Below are positions 20,175 to 29,311 of a DNA stretch of 64,000 bases, one piece after another (position 1 is the first letter of the stretch; every line of letters starts with the position of its first letter). This stretch comes from an uncultured Clostridia bacterium. GTDB lineage: Bacteria; Bacillota; Clostridia; Christensenellales; UBA1242. The notes under the pieces were generated by a model. It was given only the letters and a program-made list of their open reading frames with translations. It ran no database searches and was not told the DNA's origin. The stretch lies in assembly GCA_949949035.1 (NCBI GenBank), contig CATLHJ010000002.1, positions 53,680-117,679 of the forward strand, written 5' to 3'. A program made the translations under genes and the position numbers.

Positions 20175-21113
20175 ATGGCAAATCAATCACTTAATAAGGC
20201 AAAGATTGAAAAGAATGATGAATTTTATACTTTAATGAGTGATATTGAAAACGAATTATCAAGATATGATTTCTCCCAATTCAAAGATAAAATTGTATAT
20301 TGTAATTGTGATGACCCTACATGGAGCAACTTTTTTAAATTTTTTACTAAGTGGGGTAAGCGTATGGGAATTAGTGAAGTCCATTTTACCAATTATGCCA
20401 ATACAAAAAGAAAATGGAATAAACAATTAACACTTTTTGAAGCGCTTGATTTAAAGGAAAGTGCAGAAGATGATAGATGTGGTACGGCACACCATTGGAC
20501 TTTTTATCCAGAAACTAATCAAATTACTAAAAGAAATCTTAAGGGTAATGGAGACTTTCGTAGCCTGGAGTGTATTGAAATTTTAAGGAAATGTGATATA
20601 GTCGTCACTAATCCACCATTTAGTATTTTTAATGATTTTCTCAATCTACTTATTAAATATGATAAATCGTATTTGATAATTAGTGATGATAATAAATTAT
20701 CGAATATTGATATTTTTCCATTAATAAAAGCCAACAAACTTTGGTTAGGCTATACTCGAGTAAAAAAGTTTTTACAACCAGATGGCACATACAAAACTTT
20801 TGGAAACAAATGTTGGTATACAAATTTAGAAGTAACATATCGTCGGCAACCAGTTATTTTACATGATCAAGACCTAACGCGATTCAAAAAATATGATAAT
20901 TACAACGCTATTGAAATTCCCGAAGTTAAATATATCCCAGATAGTTATTATGAACCCATTGGATTACCGATAACTTTTTTACATAAATTTTGTCCTGAAC
21001 AGTTTGAAATAATTGGTATGTCAGGTGTAGATATAAAAATCAAGGGTGGACGCTTTTATGTGGCGGGTAGACGCTTGCAGCCAAGATTAGTTGTTCAAAG
21101 GAGAAAAATATAA
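20175..21113 (+). CDS. Adenine-specific DNA methyltransferase, EcoRI-methylase family
   Basis: KNDEFYT, YCNCDDP, GDFRS, VTNPPFS; start moved to ATG 20175 behind a GGGAG SD. Confidence 0.9.
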   Translation: MANQSLNKAKIEKNDEFYTLMSDIENELSRYDFSQFKDKIVYCNCDDPTWSNFFKFFTKWGKRMGISEVHFTNYANTKRKWNKQLTLFEALDLKESAEDDRCGTAHHWTFYPETNQITKRNLKGNGDFRSLECIEILRKCDIVVTNPPFSIFNDFLNLLIKYDKSYLIISDDNKLSNIDIFPLIKANKLWLGYTRVKKFLQPDGTYKTFGNKCWYTNLEVTYRRQPVILHDQDLTRFKKYDNYNAIEIPEVKYIPDSYYEPIGLPITFLHKFCPEQFEIIGMSGVDIKIKGGRFYVAGRRLQPRLVVQRRKI

Positions 21114-21114
21114 A

Positions 21115-22191
21115 ATGCAATATCAAATCGCAATTAGAACAATCAAAGATTTGCTGAATGATCAAGTATATTTAACCAATATCAATATGCAAAGAAAGTA
21201 TATTTACAACCACGAACAGGCATCTCATTTACTTGATAGTATTCAAAAGGGAATACCAATTCCAGCAATTTATTTGTGGGATAACCGTGATGGTACTTTT
21301 GATGTATTAGACGGGAAGCAGAGAATAACTGTCATGCGTTTATATGTTAATCCAAAATATTTACCTGGCGGAGTGCATAATTTTTTCATTGACCACATGG
21401 ACATTAGAAATTTTGAAAGCTATCAAATTCCCGTCATTATTTGTTCTGGAACCGAAGAAGAGAAAATTGAAACGTTTAAGCGAATTAATACTACTGCGGT
21501 TGCCTTAAAAGAATTTGAAATTTACAACGCGTTATATCAGGGAACTTTTGTTGAAGAATTTGGTAACTGGGGCATTGGCTTATCACCAAACGAAGAATTG
21601 TTTTTCGGTAAAAGCATAAGGGGTGAAAACTGTATTAAAGCAGTAAAATTATTTACTGAGAAACCAGAAAATTATTTTAAGCATAATCGCAATCAATCCT
21701 TTGTGAATGGACTTAAAAGAGAGCTTGATGTTTTGGTTGAAACCACGCTTAACCTGTTCAAGGATTACGGAAATGATTATTACATTTTGGCTAAAATTGT
21801 ACTAGAAAATATTAATAATATCTCGTTAATTAATAGTTGGAAATTAAACAAAAGAACAATTACCGATTTATTAATTGAGTATGCTAATAACGGCGAATTG
21901 GCTAACGCACCCAGCCGTGAAAGTTTTTATAAGGAATTATTAGGTTGTTATACAATTACAGGTTTAGACAGTAAGCGGTTTTTCACAAAAGATGATAAAA
22001 AAGCCTTATATGAAAAATTAAGTAAAGGATTGAGTAGTGGAAAAAGAGTTTGTCCAACCTGTGGCAAAGAATTTAGTTTTGACCAATTCGAAGTCGACCA
22101 TGTTTTGCCTTGGAGTAAAGGCGGCAAGACGTGTTTAGATAACGCCCAATTATTGTGTAAGGGCTGTAATGTTAAGAAAAGCAATCAATAA
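21115..22191 (+). CDS. DUF262 (GmrSD/ParB-like) + C-terminal HNH endonuclease
   Basis: QR..Y, LLDSI..GIPIP, LDGKQR, FKRIN; CPTC...DHVLPWSKGG...NAQLLC..CN. Confidence 0.9.
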   Translation: MQYQIAIRTIKDLLNDQVYLTNINMQRKYIYNHEQASHLLDSIQKGIPIPAIYLWDNRDGTFDVLDGKQRITVMRLYVNPKYLPGGVHNFFIDHMDIRNFESYQIPVIICSGTEEEKIETFKRINTTAVALKEFEIYNALYQGTFVEEFGNWGIGLSPNEELFFGKSIRGENCIKAVKLFTEKPENYFKHNRNQSFVNGLKRELDVLVETTLNLFKDYGNDYYILAKIVLENINNISLINSWKLNKRTITDLLIEYANNGELANAPSRESFYKELLGCYTITGLDSKRFFTKDDKKALYEKLSKGLSSGKRVCPTCGKEFSFDQFEVDHVLPWSKGGKTCLDNAQLLCKGCNVKKSNQ

Positions 22192-22365
22192 ATAGTTTTA
22201 ATAGTGAGCAATTGATTGTTTAATTAGTACTTAATGTGATTGAAAATTTATTATTCTTTATGCTTATCGGGCATATACAGCAAATATTTCAGAATTCTAA
22301 AACTAATTTAAAATCAAATATAAATATGTTATAATCGGATTATAAAATCCAGGAGAAAAACGAAA

Positions 22366-23109
22366 ATGATTCCGAAAGAGTTACTTCAGAATGAATATAA
22401 GTCTTGGTTGCAGCAGAATGTTAAAACAGAGTCAAGTAGGAATAAGTATTTTTCTGCGATACAAATTATAAGTAAAGAAATGTTGGCACTTAAGGTAATA
22501 GATAAAGATCTGTTTGAGGTAGTAAATTTTGAAGATTTTATAATCTTATGTGATAAAATATTAAAAAATAATTTCTTTATCAAGAAAGATCGGGTTGGAC
22601 ACAATATGTATAGTTCAGCATTGCGTAATTATTATAGAAATTTTTTGGCTGAAAAGTTTTATTGTGACAATGATATTGTATTAGATATGAATACATCTAC
22701 ATGGACTGATGAGACTGACAAAGGAGAATATAGAGCAGAAATATCGTTATCAACATTGTCTAAATTGCAAGAACTTAAAAGTGGGAATATAACCGAAGGT
22801 GAAAAAAGAAAAATTCAATCTTATGTTTACGAAAGAAATAGTAGAGCAAGGCTTCTGTGTATAGAGCATTATGGTTCAGTATGTCAAGTTTGTGGTTGCG
22901 ATATGGCGAAAATCTATGGGGAAGAATTTACTGGTAAGATACATGTCCATCATAAAGTGCCACTAAATGAAATTGCACAATCATATGAAGTTGATCCAAT
23001 AAAAGATTTAGTACCTGTGTGCCCTAATTGTCATATGATACTACATTGCAAGAAAGATGGTTATTATACGGTGGACGAGATTAGAGAGAAAATTAATAAG
23101 TTGAGGTAA
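22366..23109 (+). CDS. HNH endonuclease, McrA-like C-terminal domain
   Basis: EG...YERN..AR..CIEHYG..CQVC, HVHH, VCPNCH..LH; AGGAG SD and upstream TATAAT. Confidence 0.88.
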   Translation: MIPKELLQNEYKSWLQQNVKTESSRNKYFSAIQIISKEMLALKVIDKDLFEVVNFEDFIILCDKILKNNFFIKKDRVGHNMYSSALRNYYRNFLAEKFYCDNDIVLDMNTSTWTDETDKGEYRAEISLSTLSKLQELKSGNITEGEKRKIQSYVYERNSRARLLCIEHYGSVCQVCGCDMAKIYGEEFTGKIHVHHKVPLNEIAQSYEVDPIKDLVPVCPNCHMILHCKKDGYYTVDEIREKINKLR

Positions 23110-23316
23110 ATTATTACGTATATCTATAACTACAATCTATACTATGAAAGTGTTGTAGACTAAAGAAAAGTAATAAATCTTTGATTCAAAAGTTTTTAAA
23201 AAATTATAGATTATTGAGATATAGGAAATTAAGTTAATAAAAAGTAATACACAGTTTGATAAAAAACGTGTATTATTATTATGGGATTTATTAAATAAGT
23301 GTTATAAGAGGTAAGA

Positions 23317-25479
23317 ATGAAAAAAGTTCAAGTTTCTAATATCAAAATTCACCCCAGATCAATTGAGGCGATGGGGGCAAGTTTGGTTACTAATGATAAT
23401 GTAGCGATTTTAGAATTAGTTAAAAATGCATATGATGCATTCGCATATAAAGTCAATATAACATTTAGTCACGACAATTCAAAGATAACTATTATTGACG
23501 ATGGTATTGGAATGACCCTAGATGATATAACTGAAAACTGGGCGACCATATCTACAACATATAAAGTTGATAACAAATATATTGAACGTAATGGTATTAA
23601 GCGTATAACATCTGGAAACAAAGGATTAGGGCGATTATCCGCTTCAAGATTGGGTGGAAAATTAACACTTATAACAAAAGCAAAAAATTCACCAATTTTA
23701 AAAACGGTATTTGTTTGGGACAATTTTTATGAACAAGAAAGTCCAGAAGATTGCAAATTTGATATATACGAATTAGACGTAGATGAGGATATAAAAGAAA
23801 CTGGCACAAAATTAATAATTGAAGACCTTAAGGCAAGTTGGGAATCAAGTAAAATTGACGATTTGAAAATAGAATTAGAAAGACTAATTAATCCATTTGA
23901 TGGCAATAAGGATTTTGTTATTACGTTAAATGATAAAATTGAGCCATTAACTATTTTTGATCATTATGAAAATACTGGAATTGTCGAAGTAAACAAATTA
24001 ATTTCGGATCCAGTCTATAAAGTAACTGGAAGTGTTGATGATGAGTTAAACGTAGACTATACTTTTGAATATTTTGAGAACTATAATTCCAAAGATAAAA
24101 GAAATAAAAAGGTATTGAAAGGTTTTATATCTTGGGATGAAATTAAAGAAAAGTGCAATGATAGTAATTCTGAAACTATTCCTTATCATGATGATATAAC
24201 TTGCGGAAAGTTTGGTTTTGAGTTTAGAATTTGGGAATTACAATCAGATTATCTTAATGAAATTGCAAATAGATATGGATTAAAATCAACCAGTATAGTA
24301 AGAAAAATTATAAATAATCAGAAAGGGATATCAGTTTATAGAGATGGAATTTTGGTTTTGCCAAAATCTGAAAATTCTAGAGATTGGTTAGGGCTAGACA
24401 AAAAGCGTATAAGTCAAATAGGTCGAAGATTATCTACAGCACAAATAATTGGTCAAATTAATATTTCGATCAATGAAAATCCTAAGTTACTAGATACTTC
24501 TAGTAGGGAAAGTTTTGTTAAAAACGAAGAGTTTGATAACTTCTACGCAGTTTGTGTAGCTGGAATCATTAATAAAATTCAGCAGTTGCGTTTACAAGTT
24601 AAGCCAGATGCAACTAATCGTCCTAATGTGAAAGACTTTTTTAAAGATGCATCGCCAGATAAACTAAATTCAGCTGTTGAAGATGCTGTTAAACAAAACA
24701 AATCAATTAGTGAAGTGCAGCAAGTTGTGCAAGATTATAGTAGGGAACTTAAAAGGAGTTTGGCTCTGCTAAAGGAGAGAGTTGAATATTATGCACAGTT
24801 AGCTTCAGCTGGTACCTTCAGTAAGGTAATAATTCATGAAATAAAGAATAACACCAACCCAGTTAAACGCTTTAATAGGAGCGTATATGAAATATATTCA
24901 CCATTTAACGAAAGACTTAACAATTATTATAAATTGTCTTGTGATGGATGTGATAGATTAATAAAATTATCTGATACTTTTGCACCTTTAAGTAGGACAA
25001 CTTTCAAAACAGAAAAGCATACTTGTGATCTATATTCAGAATCGAATAATGTTTTGCTCTTAATGAATGATTATTTAACAAATAACAACATTGTAGTTAC
25101 AAATAATATTCCAAAAGGGATTACCGTAAAGTTACATAGCGGTGAAATACAGACTATTTTAATTAATCTTTTAGACAATGCTATATATTGGGTTTGCAGA
25201 AACAAAAATCTGAATGATAAATTAATTCAATTTAGTGTGGAAGAATGTGATAATGGCTTTATTGAAGTAAGAGTTTCAGATAATGGTATTGGTGTTGATC
25301 CGAATCTTGGGGAGAAAATATTTGAGCCTGGAATAACATCTAAGCCTTCGGGTTTTGGTATGGGACTTGTTGTAGTTAATGAAATTGTATCAACACATTC
25401 GGGATATTTAAAAAACATACAACCAGGTGAAATAGCAGATGGTGCAACATTTGCTTTTACGGTTCCAGTGGAGGAGTAA
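23317..25479 (+). CDS. GHKL (MORC-like) ATPase fused to a C-terminal histidine kinase module
   Basis: N-terminal ELVKNAYDA, DDGIGM, GNKGLGRLS; C-terminal HEIKN, NLLDNAIYW, DNGIG, IFEPG, GFGMGL. Confidence 0.88.
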   Translation: MKKVQVSNIKIHPRSIEAMGASLVTNDNVAILELVKNAYDAFAYKVNITFSHDNSKITIIDDGIGMTLDDITENWATISTTYKVDNKYIERNGIKRITSGNKGLGRLSASRLGGKLTLITKAKNSPILKTVFVWDNFYEQESPEDCKFDIYELDVDEDIKETGTKLIIEDLKASWESSKIDDLKIELERLINPFDGNKDFVITLNDKIEPLTIFDHYENTGIVEVNKLISDPVYKVTGSVDDELNVDYTFEYFENYNSKDKRNKKVLKGFISWDEIKEKCNDSNSETIPYHDDITCGKFGFEFRIWELQSDYLNEIANRYGLKSTSIVRKIINNQKGISVYRDGILVLPKSENSRDWLGLDKKRISQIGRRLSTAQIIGQINISINENPKLLDTSSRESFVKNEEFDNFYAVCVAGIINKIQQLRLQVKPDATNRPNVKDFFKDASPDKLNSAVEDAVKQNKSISEVQQVVQDYSRELKRSLALLKERVEYYAQLASAGTFSKVIIHEIKNNTNPVKRFNRSVYEIYSPFNERLNNYYKLSCDGCDRLIKLSDTFAPLSRTTFKTEKHTCDLYSESNNVLLLMNDYLTNNNIVVTNNIPKGITVKLHSGEIQTILINLLDNAIYWVCRNKNLNDKLIQFSVEECDNGFIEVRVSDNGIGVDPNLGEKIFEPGITSKPSGFGMGLVVVNEIVSTHSGYLKNIQPGEIADGATFAFTVPVEE

Positions 25480-26480
25480 TGAAAGTATTAATAGCGGAAG
25501 ATAAATTAGAAACAATACAATCTATAACAGATCATTGCAGTGATAATAGTATAGAGTATCAAATAATCCAAGATTTTAATGATGTTTTATCTACATTAGC
25601 AACAACACATTTTGATGCATTAATTTTAGATTTAAAGAAAGATCCTGGTGAGGAATATCCTGGATATGATATATTTAATCAGATATGGGCAGAAAGATTT
25701 ATCCCTATCATTATTTATTCTTCATATTATGATAATCTACCTAATAAGGTTGACCATCAGTTTGTTTCGTACTTTGATAAGTCCGAAGAGGAAAAGGTAA
25801 TAGTTCGCTTGACTGAGTATTTAAGTATGAGCGAAAAAATTACTAAAATTCGTAGTAAAATGAATGATTTATTTATACAAGCTTTAAGGTTCGTTAATAA
25901 TAACGACTCGAATGATGTTCAATTTCAAAGAGTATTGATTGGGATGAAAAATTATCTTGACGAGGACAATCCCAACCTTTCGTTACCAGCAGATGTGCAA
26001 TACTTGGTTTTACCTCAATATCAATCATTAGCGACTTGTGATATTGTTGAGACTATTCCACAACACAATACAGAATCTGAATTTTATATGATTATGTCAC
26101 CGTGGTGTGAAATTGCGCAAGCAGGAAGTCCGATTGAATTAGAATGTAAGAAAATTATTGATAATTCTTCTGTGAATAGTGAGACAAGAAATACTATTAA
26201 AAACCATAGCAATGAAGGTGGGTATAGAAATTATATTTTGCTTCCCGATTGTAAAAAGTTGAAAAAAAAAATCGTTGATGTAACGAAGACTGTTATAATA
26301 AAAAATGATCAAATATCACTCAATCCAAACGAAACAGATTTAAATAGATATAAATATAGAAAAATAATTTCAATAGCAAGTCCATTTCGTGAAAGGATGA
26401 TTGCCTTATGTTATAACAATAGATCGCGTATCGGTGTGCCAAACTTAAATAAGGATAGTTGGTGGATCGATGAAAATTAA
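25479..26480 (+). CDS. Response-regulator receiver domain + unknown C-terminal domain
   Basis: KVLIAED, LILDL (acceptor Asp), IPIIIYS; coupled to the kinase gene. Confidence 0.82.
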   Translation: MKVLIAEDKLETIQSITDHCSDNSIEYQIIQDFNDVLSTLATTHFDALILDLKKDPGEEYPGYDIFNQIWAERFIPIIIYSSYYDNLPNKVDHQFVSYFDKSEEEKVIVRLTEYLSMSEKITKIRSKMNDLFIQALRFVNNNDSNDVQFQRVLIGMKNYLDEDNPNLSLPADVQYLVLPQYQSLATCDIVETIPQHNTESEFYMIMSPWCEIAQAGSPIELECKKIIDNSSVNSETRNTIKNHSNEGGYRNYILLPDCKKLKKKIVDVTKTVIIKNDQISLNPNETDLNRYKYRKIISIASPFRERMIALCYNNRSRIGVPNLNKDSWWIDEN

Positions 26481-27618
26481 AGCGATAGACCTGTTTTCAG
26501 GCTGCGGGGGAGTTTCTTGTGGATTAATTAATGCTGGGTTTAATGTTACAGGAGCCGTAGAAATAAATAAAGATGCAGTAAGAACCTACAAAAATTATAA
26601 AAGATTACAACATGTTAATGTTATTAATGATGATATTCGTAATGTTGATGGTTTTGAATTACTAAAACAAAGCCAGATTGAACCTAGCGATATTTACTTA
26701 TTGGCAGGTTGCCCACCTTGTCAAAATTTTTCATCGCAGAATAGGTCTGGAAGATTAAAAACAGAAACAGAAAAAGAAGCATTATTAATGGAATATTTAA
26801 GAATTATTAAACAAGTGTATCCACCGTTTGTTTTACTTGAAAATGTTTCTGGTATTACAAGTCCATGTAATAAAAACATATTAAATAAATTTATAAATGA
26901 ATTAAAAAATGAAAAAGATACTTGTGCGGAACACCAATATTTTGTGCTGTGTAGTATATTAAACGCCGCCAATTTTGGTGTGCCACAAAGACGTCGTAGG
27001 TTTGTGCTACACGCTATTAGAAAGGATATATATAATCTACTCAAAAGCCAAAATATTGGTGTTTCATTACCAAGAGAAACTCATAATAAGAATGGTGATC
27101 ATGGTTTGAACAGATGGGTATCAGTATGGGATGTTATATCTGATTTACCACCGATAGAAGCTGGACAACATTTTAATTCAGGAACAATTAAAAACCACAC
27201 TTGTGCCAATTTATCTGAACTTAACATCCGAAGAATGGAATATATACGAAATAATGGAGGTAGTAGAAGTAGTCTACCTGATGATCTACAATTAAATTGT
27301 CATAAGAATTATTCAGGGCATAAAGATGTTTATGGAATTATAGATCCTAATCTTCCCGCTCCTACTATGACGGGAGGGTGTTTATGTTATTCGAAGGGAC
27401 GTTTTGGACATCCATATCAAAATAGAGCTCTATCAATAAGAGAAGCGGCTAGGATACAAACTTTCCCTGATGATTTTATTTTTGACGATTTGACAACAAA
27501 GTCAGGACTGCAAATAGGCAATGCTGTCCCGGTTAAATTAGTTGAAGTTTCTGCAAAAAATATACTACTTGAAATAGTCAATTATCAAAAATTATTGAGA
27601 AAATCTTCTAATAAATAG
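26470..27618 (+). CDS. dcm: DNA cytosine-C5 methyltransferase
   Basis: DLFSGCGG, GCPPCQ, ENV, PQRRRR, EAARIQTFP, GNAVP. Confidence 0.95.
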   Translation: MKIKAIDLFSGCGGVSCGLINAGFNVTGAVEINKDAVRTYKNYKRLQHVNVINDDIRNVDGFELLKQSQIEPSDIYLLAGCPPCQNFSSQNRSGRLKTETEKEALLMEYLRIIKQVYPPFVLLENVSGITSPCNKNILNKFINELKNEKDTCAEHQYFVLCSILNAANFGVPQRRRRFVLHAIRKDIYNLLKSQNIGVSLPRETHNKNGDHGLNRWVSVWDVISDLPPIEAGQHFNSGTIKNHTCANLSELNIRRMEYIRNNGGSRSSLPDDLQLNCHKNYSGHKDVYGIIDPNLPAPTMTGGCLCYSKGRFGHPYQNRALSIREAARIQTFPDDFIFDDLTTKSGLQIGNAVPVKLVEVSAKNILLEIVNYQKLLRKSSNK

Positions 27619-27639
27619 TTTTGGTGCAGGTGGATAAAA

Positions 27640-27929
27640 TCAAGCGATTTTGAAAAGTCTGCAGGTGCTAATTTTTAAAAAATTATTCTGGAATATAAGG
27701 TCGCAATCGTTCTAGTTTTAAAAAGAAATTTGAGACCAAATTATTTTTGTAGTTGATTCTTTGAAAGATAAAGAGTTAGATAACTTAAATAGAAAAAATA
27801 ATAGATTTTTTGAAGAATAAACTATATGATAATCAAGTTATTGTAGCATCAATTTATTCCGCAGAACAATTATTTACCGATTTTGATAAAACTATTATTA
27901 TTCATGATAAAGCCATAGAAACTAGATAA
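27640..27929 (+). pseudogene. Degraded C-terminal fragment of an ABC/SMC-like ATPase
   Basis: Frameshifted pieces read SSDFEKSAGANF*...YKVAIVLVL...VDSLKDKELD...KIIDFLKNKLYDNQVIVASIY (Walker B/D-loop/switch-like order). Confidence 0.4.
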
Positions 27930-28210
27930 GTCTATGTTCAATTTGACAATAAAAGTTATCCCGATTAACTTTTAATATAGTGGTGTGCGTATTTAAGGTA
28001 TGCCGTTCCACCACAGACGAATCATTTGAAATCCACCGCGTAGCGGAACTAAAATGGTATTTTATCGCATGTGTTTTATGCGTAGAACTGTTTAGAAATA
28101 GTAATGAAATTTTACATGTAATTTTTAGTGGCAGTAAAATGGCAGATTTTATAAATTTGCTGTTACCTTATTGGTGGTTACAAATGGCGTGAACCAAAAA
28201 GGAGGTAAAA

Positions 28211-28501
28211 ATGGGCGGTGCCTGTATGCCCAGTGGTGGGGTGATTATTTTTGATAGCAGTAAGCATATTGATTCAGTATATCCAGAATATCCTAATGCT
28301 CGCTTTGATATTTTTAATCAATTTGGAAAATTAATTAAACAATATTGGACTGACTATTTAGGAAACTTAATTTATCGGCGAGATCATACGAACCATAATA
28401 ATCCAAAACAGCATCCTGAGGTGCCACATGATCATGACGTAGGTGCCAATGGTCCGAATGCCCCATGGATATCGGTAGACAGAACGGGAAGATTTTGTTA
28501 A
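28211..28501 (+). CDS. Small His-rich putative nuclease toxin, polymorphic-toxin-like
   Basis: AGGAGG SD; RRDHTNHNNPKQHPEVPHDH motif. Confidence 0.55.
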   Translation: MGGACMPSGGVIIFDSSKHIDSVYPEYPNARFDIFNQFGKLIKQYWTDYLGNLIYRRDHTNHNNPKQHPEVPHDHDVGANGPNAPWISVDRTGRFC

Positions 28502-28514
28502 AAAAGGAGTAATC

Positions 28515-28985
28515 ATGAAAAAAACAGGAAAGATTGAATTGGAAAAATGCCCAATTTGCGGTCGGATGATTTTTACGCTTTATGGTAATCAAGTGGATCA
28601 AAATGGTGAACGGAGTGATGGTTGTTTTTGCCAATGCGGTTGGCATAAAACTTGCGGTGGCGAACTTAAACCCGACAAAATTGATTTTCCAAATCATATT
28701 TCATTGAACGAAGCCAAACGGCGTTTCCAAGCTAAGCAACCATTGACTCCAACGTATGATGATTTTATCGCCATGCTGAGATATTGGACAGAAATTCAAT
28801 TCTTCTATTTAGGTATAAAATATGGTGTTTGTCTCGACAGAGAAAGTGTTTACATTTATGTTTGGGGTGGCGATGTGGTTTGCGAATACCCCACGATTGA
28901 AGAATTCGCCGCCAAGGCTAATATCAATGGTATGTTGTTAAAAGACCTGTGGCCACAAATCAAAGACGTGGATTGGGCAGAATAA
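28515..28985 (+). CDS. CPCC-type Cys-rich domain + immunity-like domain
   Basis: CPICG...CQCGW...PNHISLNEAK; C-terminal EIQFFY.G..Y...I.G..LKDLW; AAGGAG SD. Confidence 0.6.
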   Translation: MKKTGKIELEKCPICGRMIFTLYGNQVDQNGERSDGCFCQCGWHKTCGGELKPDKIDFPNHISLNEAKRRFQAKQPLTPTYDDFIAMLRYWTEIQFFYLGIKYGVCLDRESVYIYVWGGDVVCEYPTIEEFAAKANINGMLLKDLWPQIKDVDWAE

Positions 28986-29311
28986 AAGGAGTGTAAAAAT
29001 GAATAATGCCGAAAAGTTCAAGGAACTATTTTTTGCGATGCAAACAGAAGCGGACGAAAGTAGTGAAACATACCAGCAAGAAAAACGACAGAAAAACAAC
29101 GCATCGTTTGTAACTAGTTTGCGTTAGAAGAAAAATACAGAACTTTGCGAGAAATCCAAGCCCTTTGTCCGGCGTGCCGCGGTGTCAAACATTTCCGTAA
29201 TTCGACCAGAATTGGCTATGGCGAACAAGCTAAAAACCACTTTTAGTATTGACTTTTGGGGTGTGTGGTGACTAAAATATAACGATAAATGTTTGCGGAA
29301 GGTATTTTATA

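Larger units (their letters stand above)
16879..28016. mobile_element. ~11.1 kb integrative defence island inserted at the tmRNA 3' end
   Basis: Direct repeat TCCACCACAG at 16879-16888 and 28007-28016; serine integrase abuts the left end; AT-rich R-M cargo; reconstructed attP has inverted arms GTGCGTAT (27985-27992) / ATACGCAC (16896-16903). Confidence 0.85.

Noticed and set aside
26262-26271. A10 tract in the receiver gene as a phase-variation site
   Set aside because: In frame (Lys codons) within very AT-rich DNA; expected by chance.
27961-27968. CCGATTAA as a third invertase site
   Set aside because: Only 8 bp match the 23-bp repeat and the TGTTC dyad is absent.
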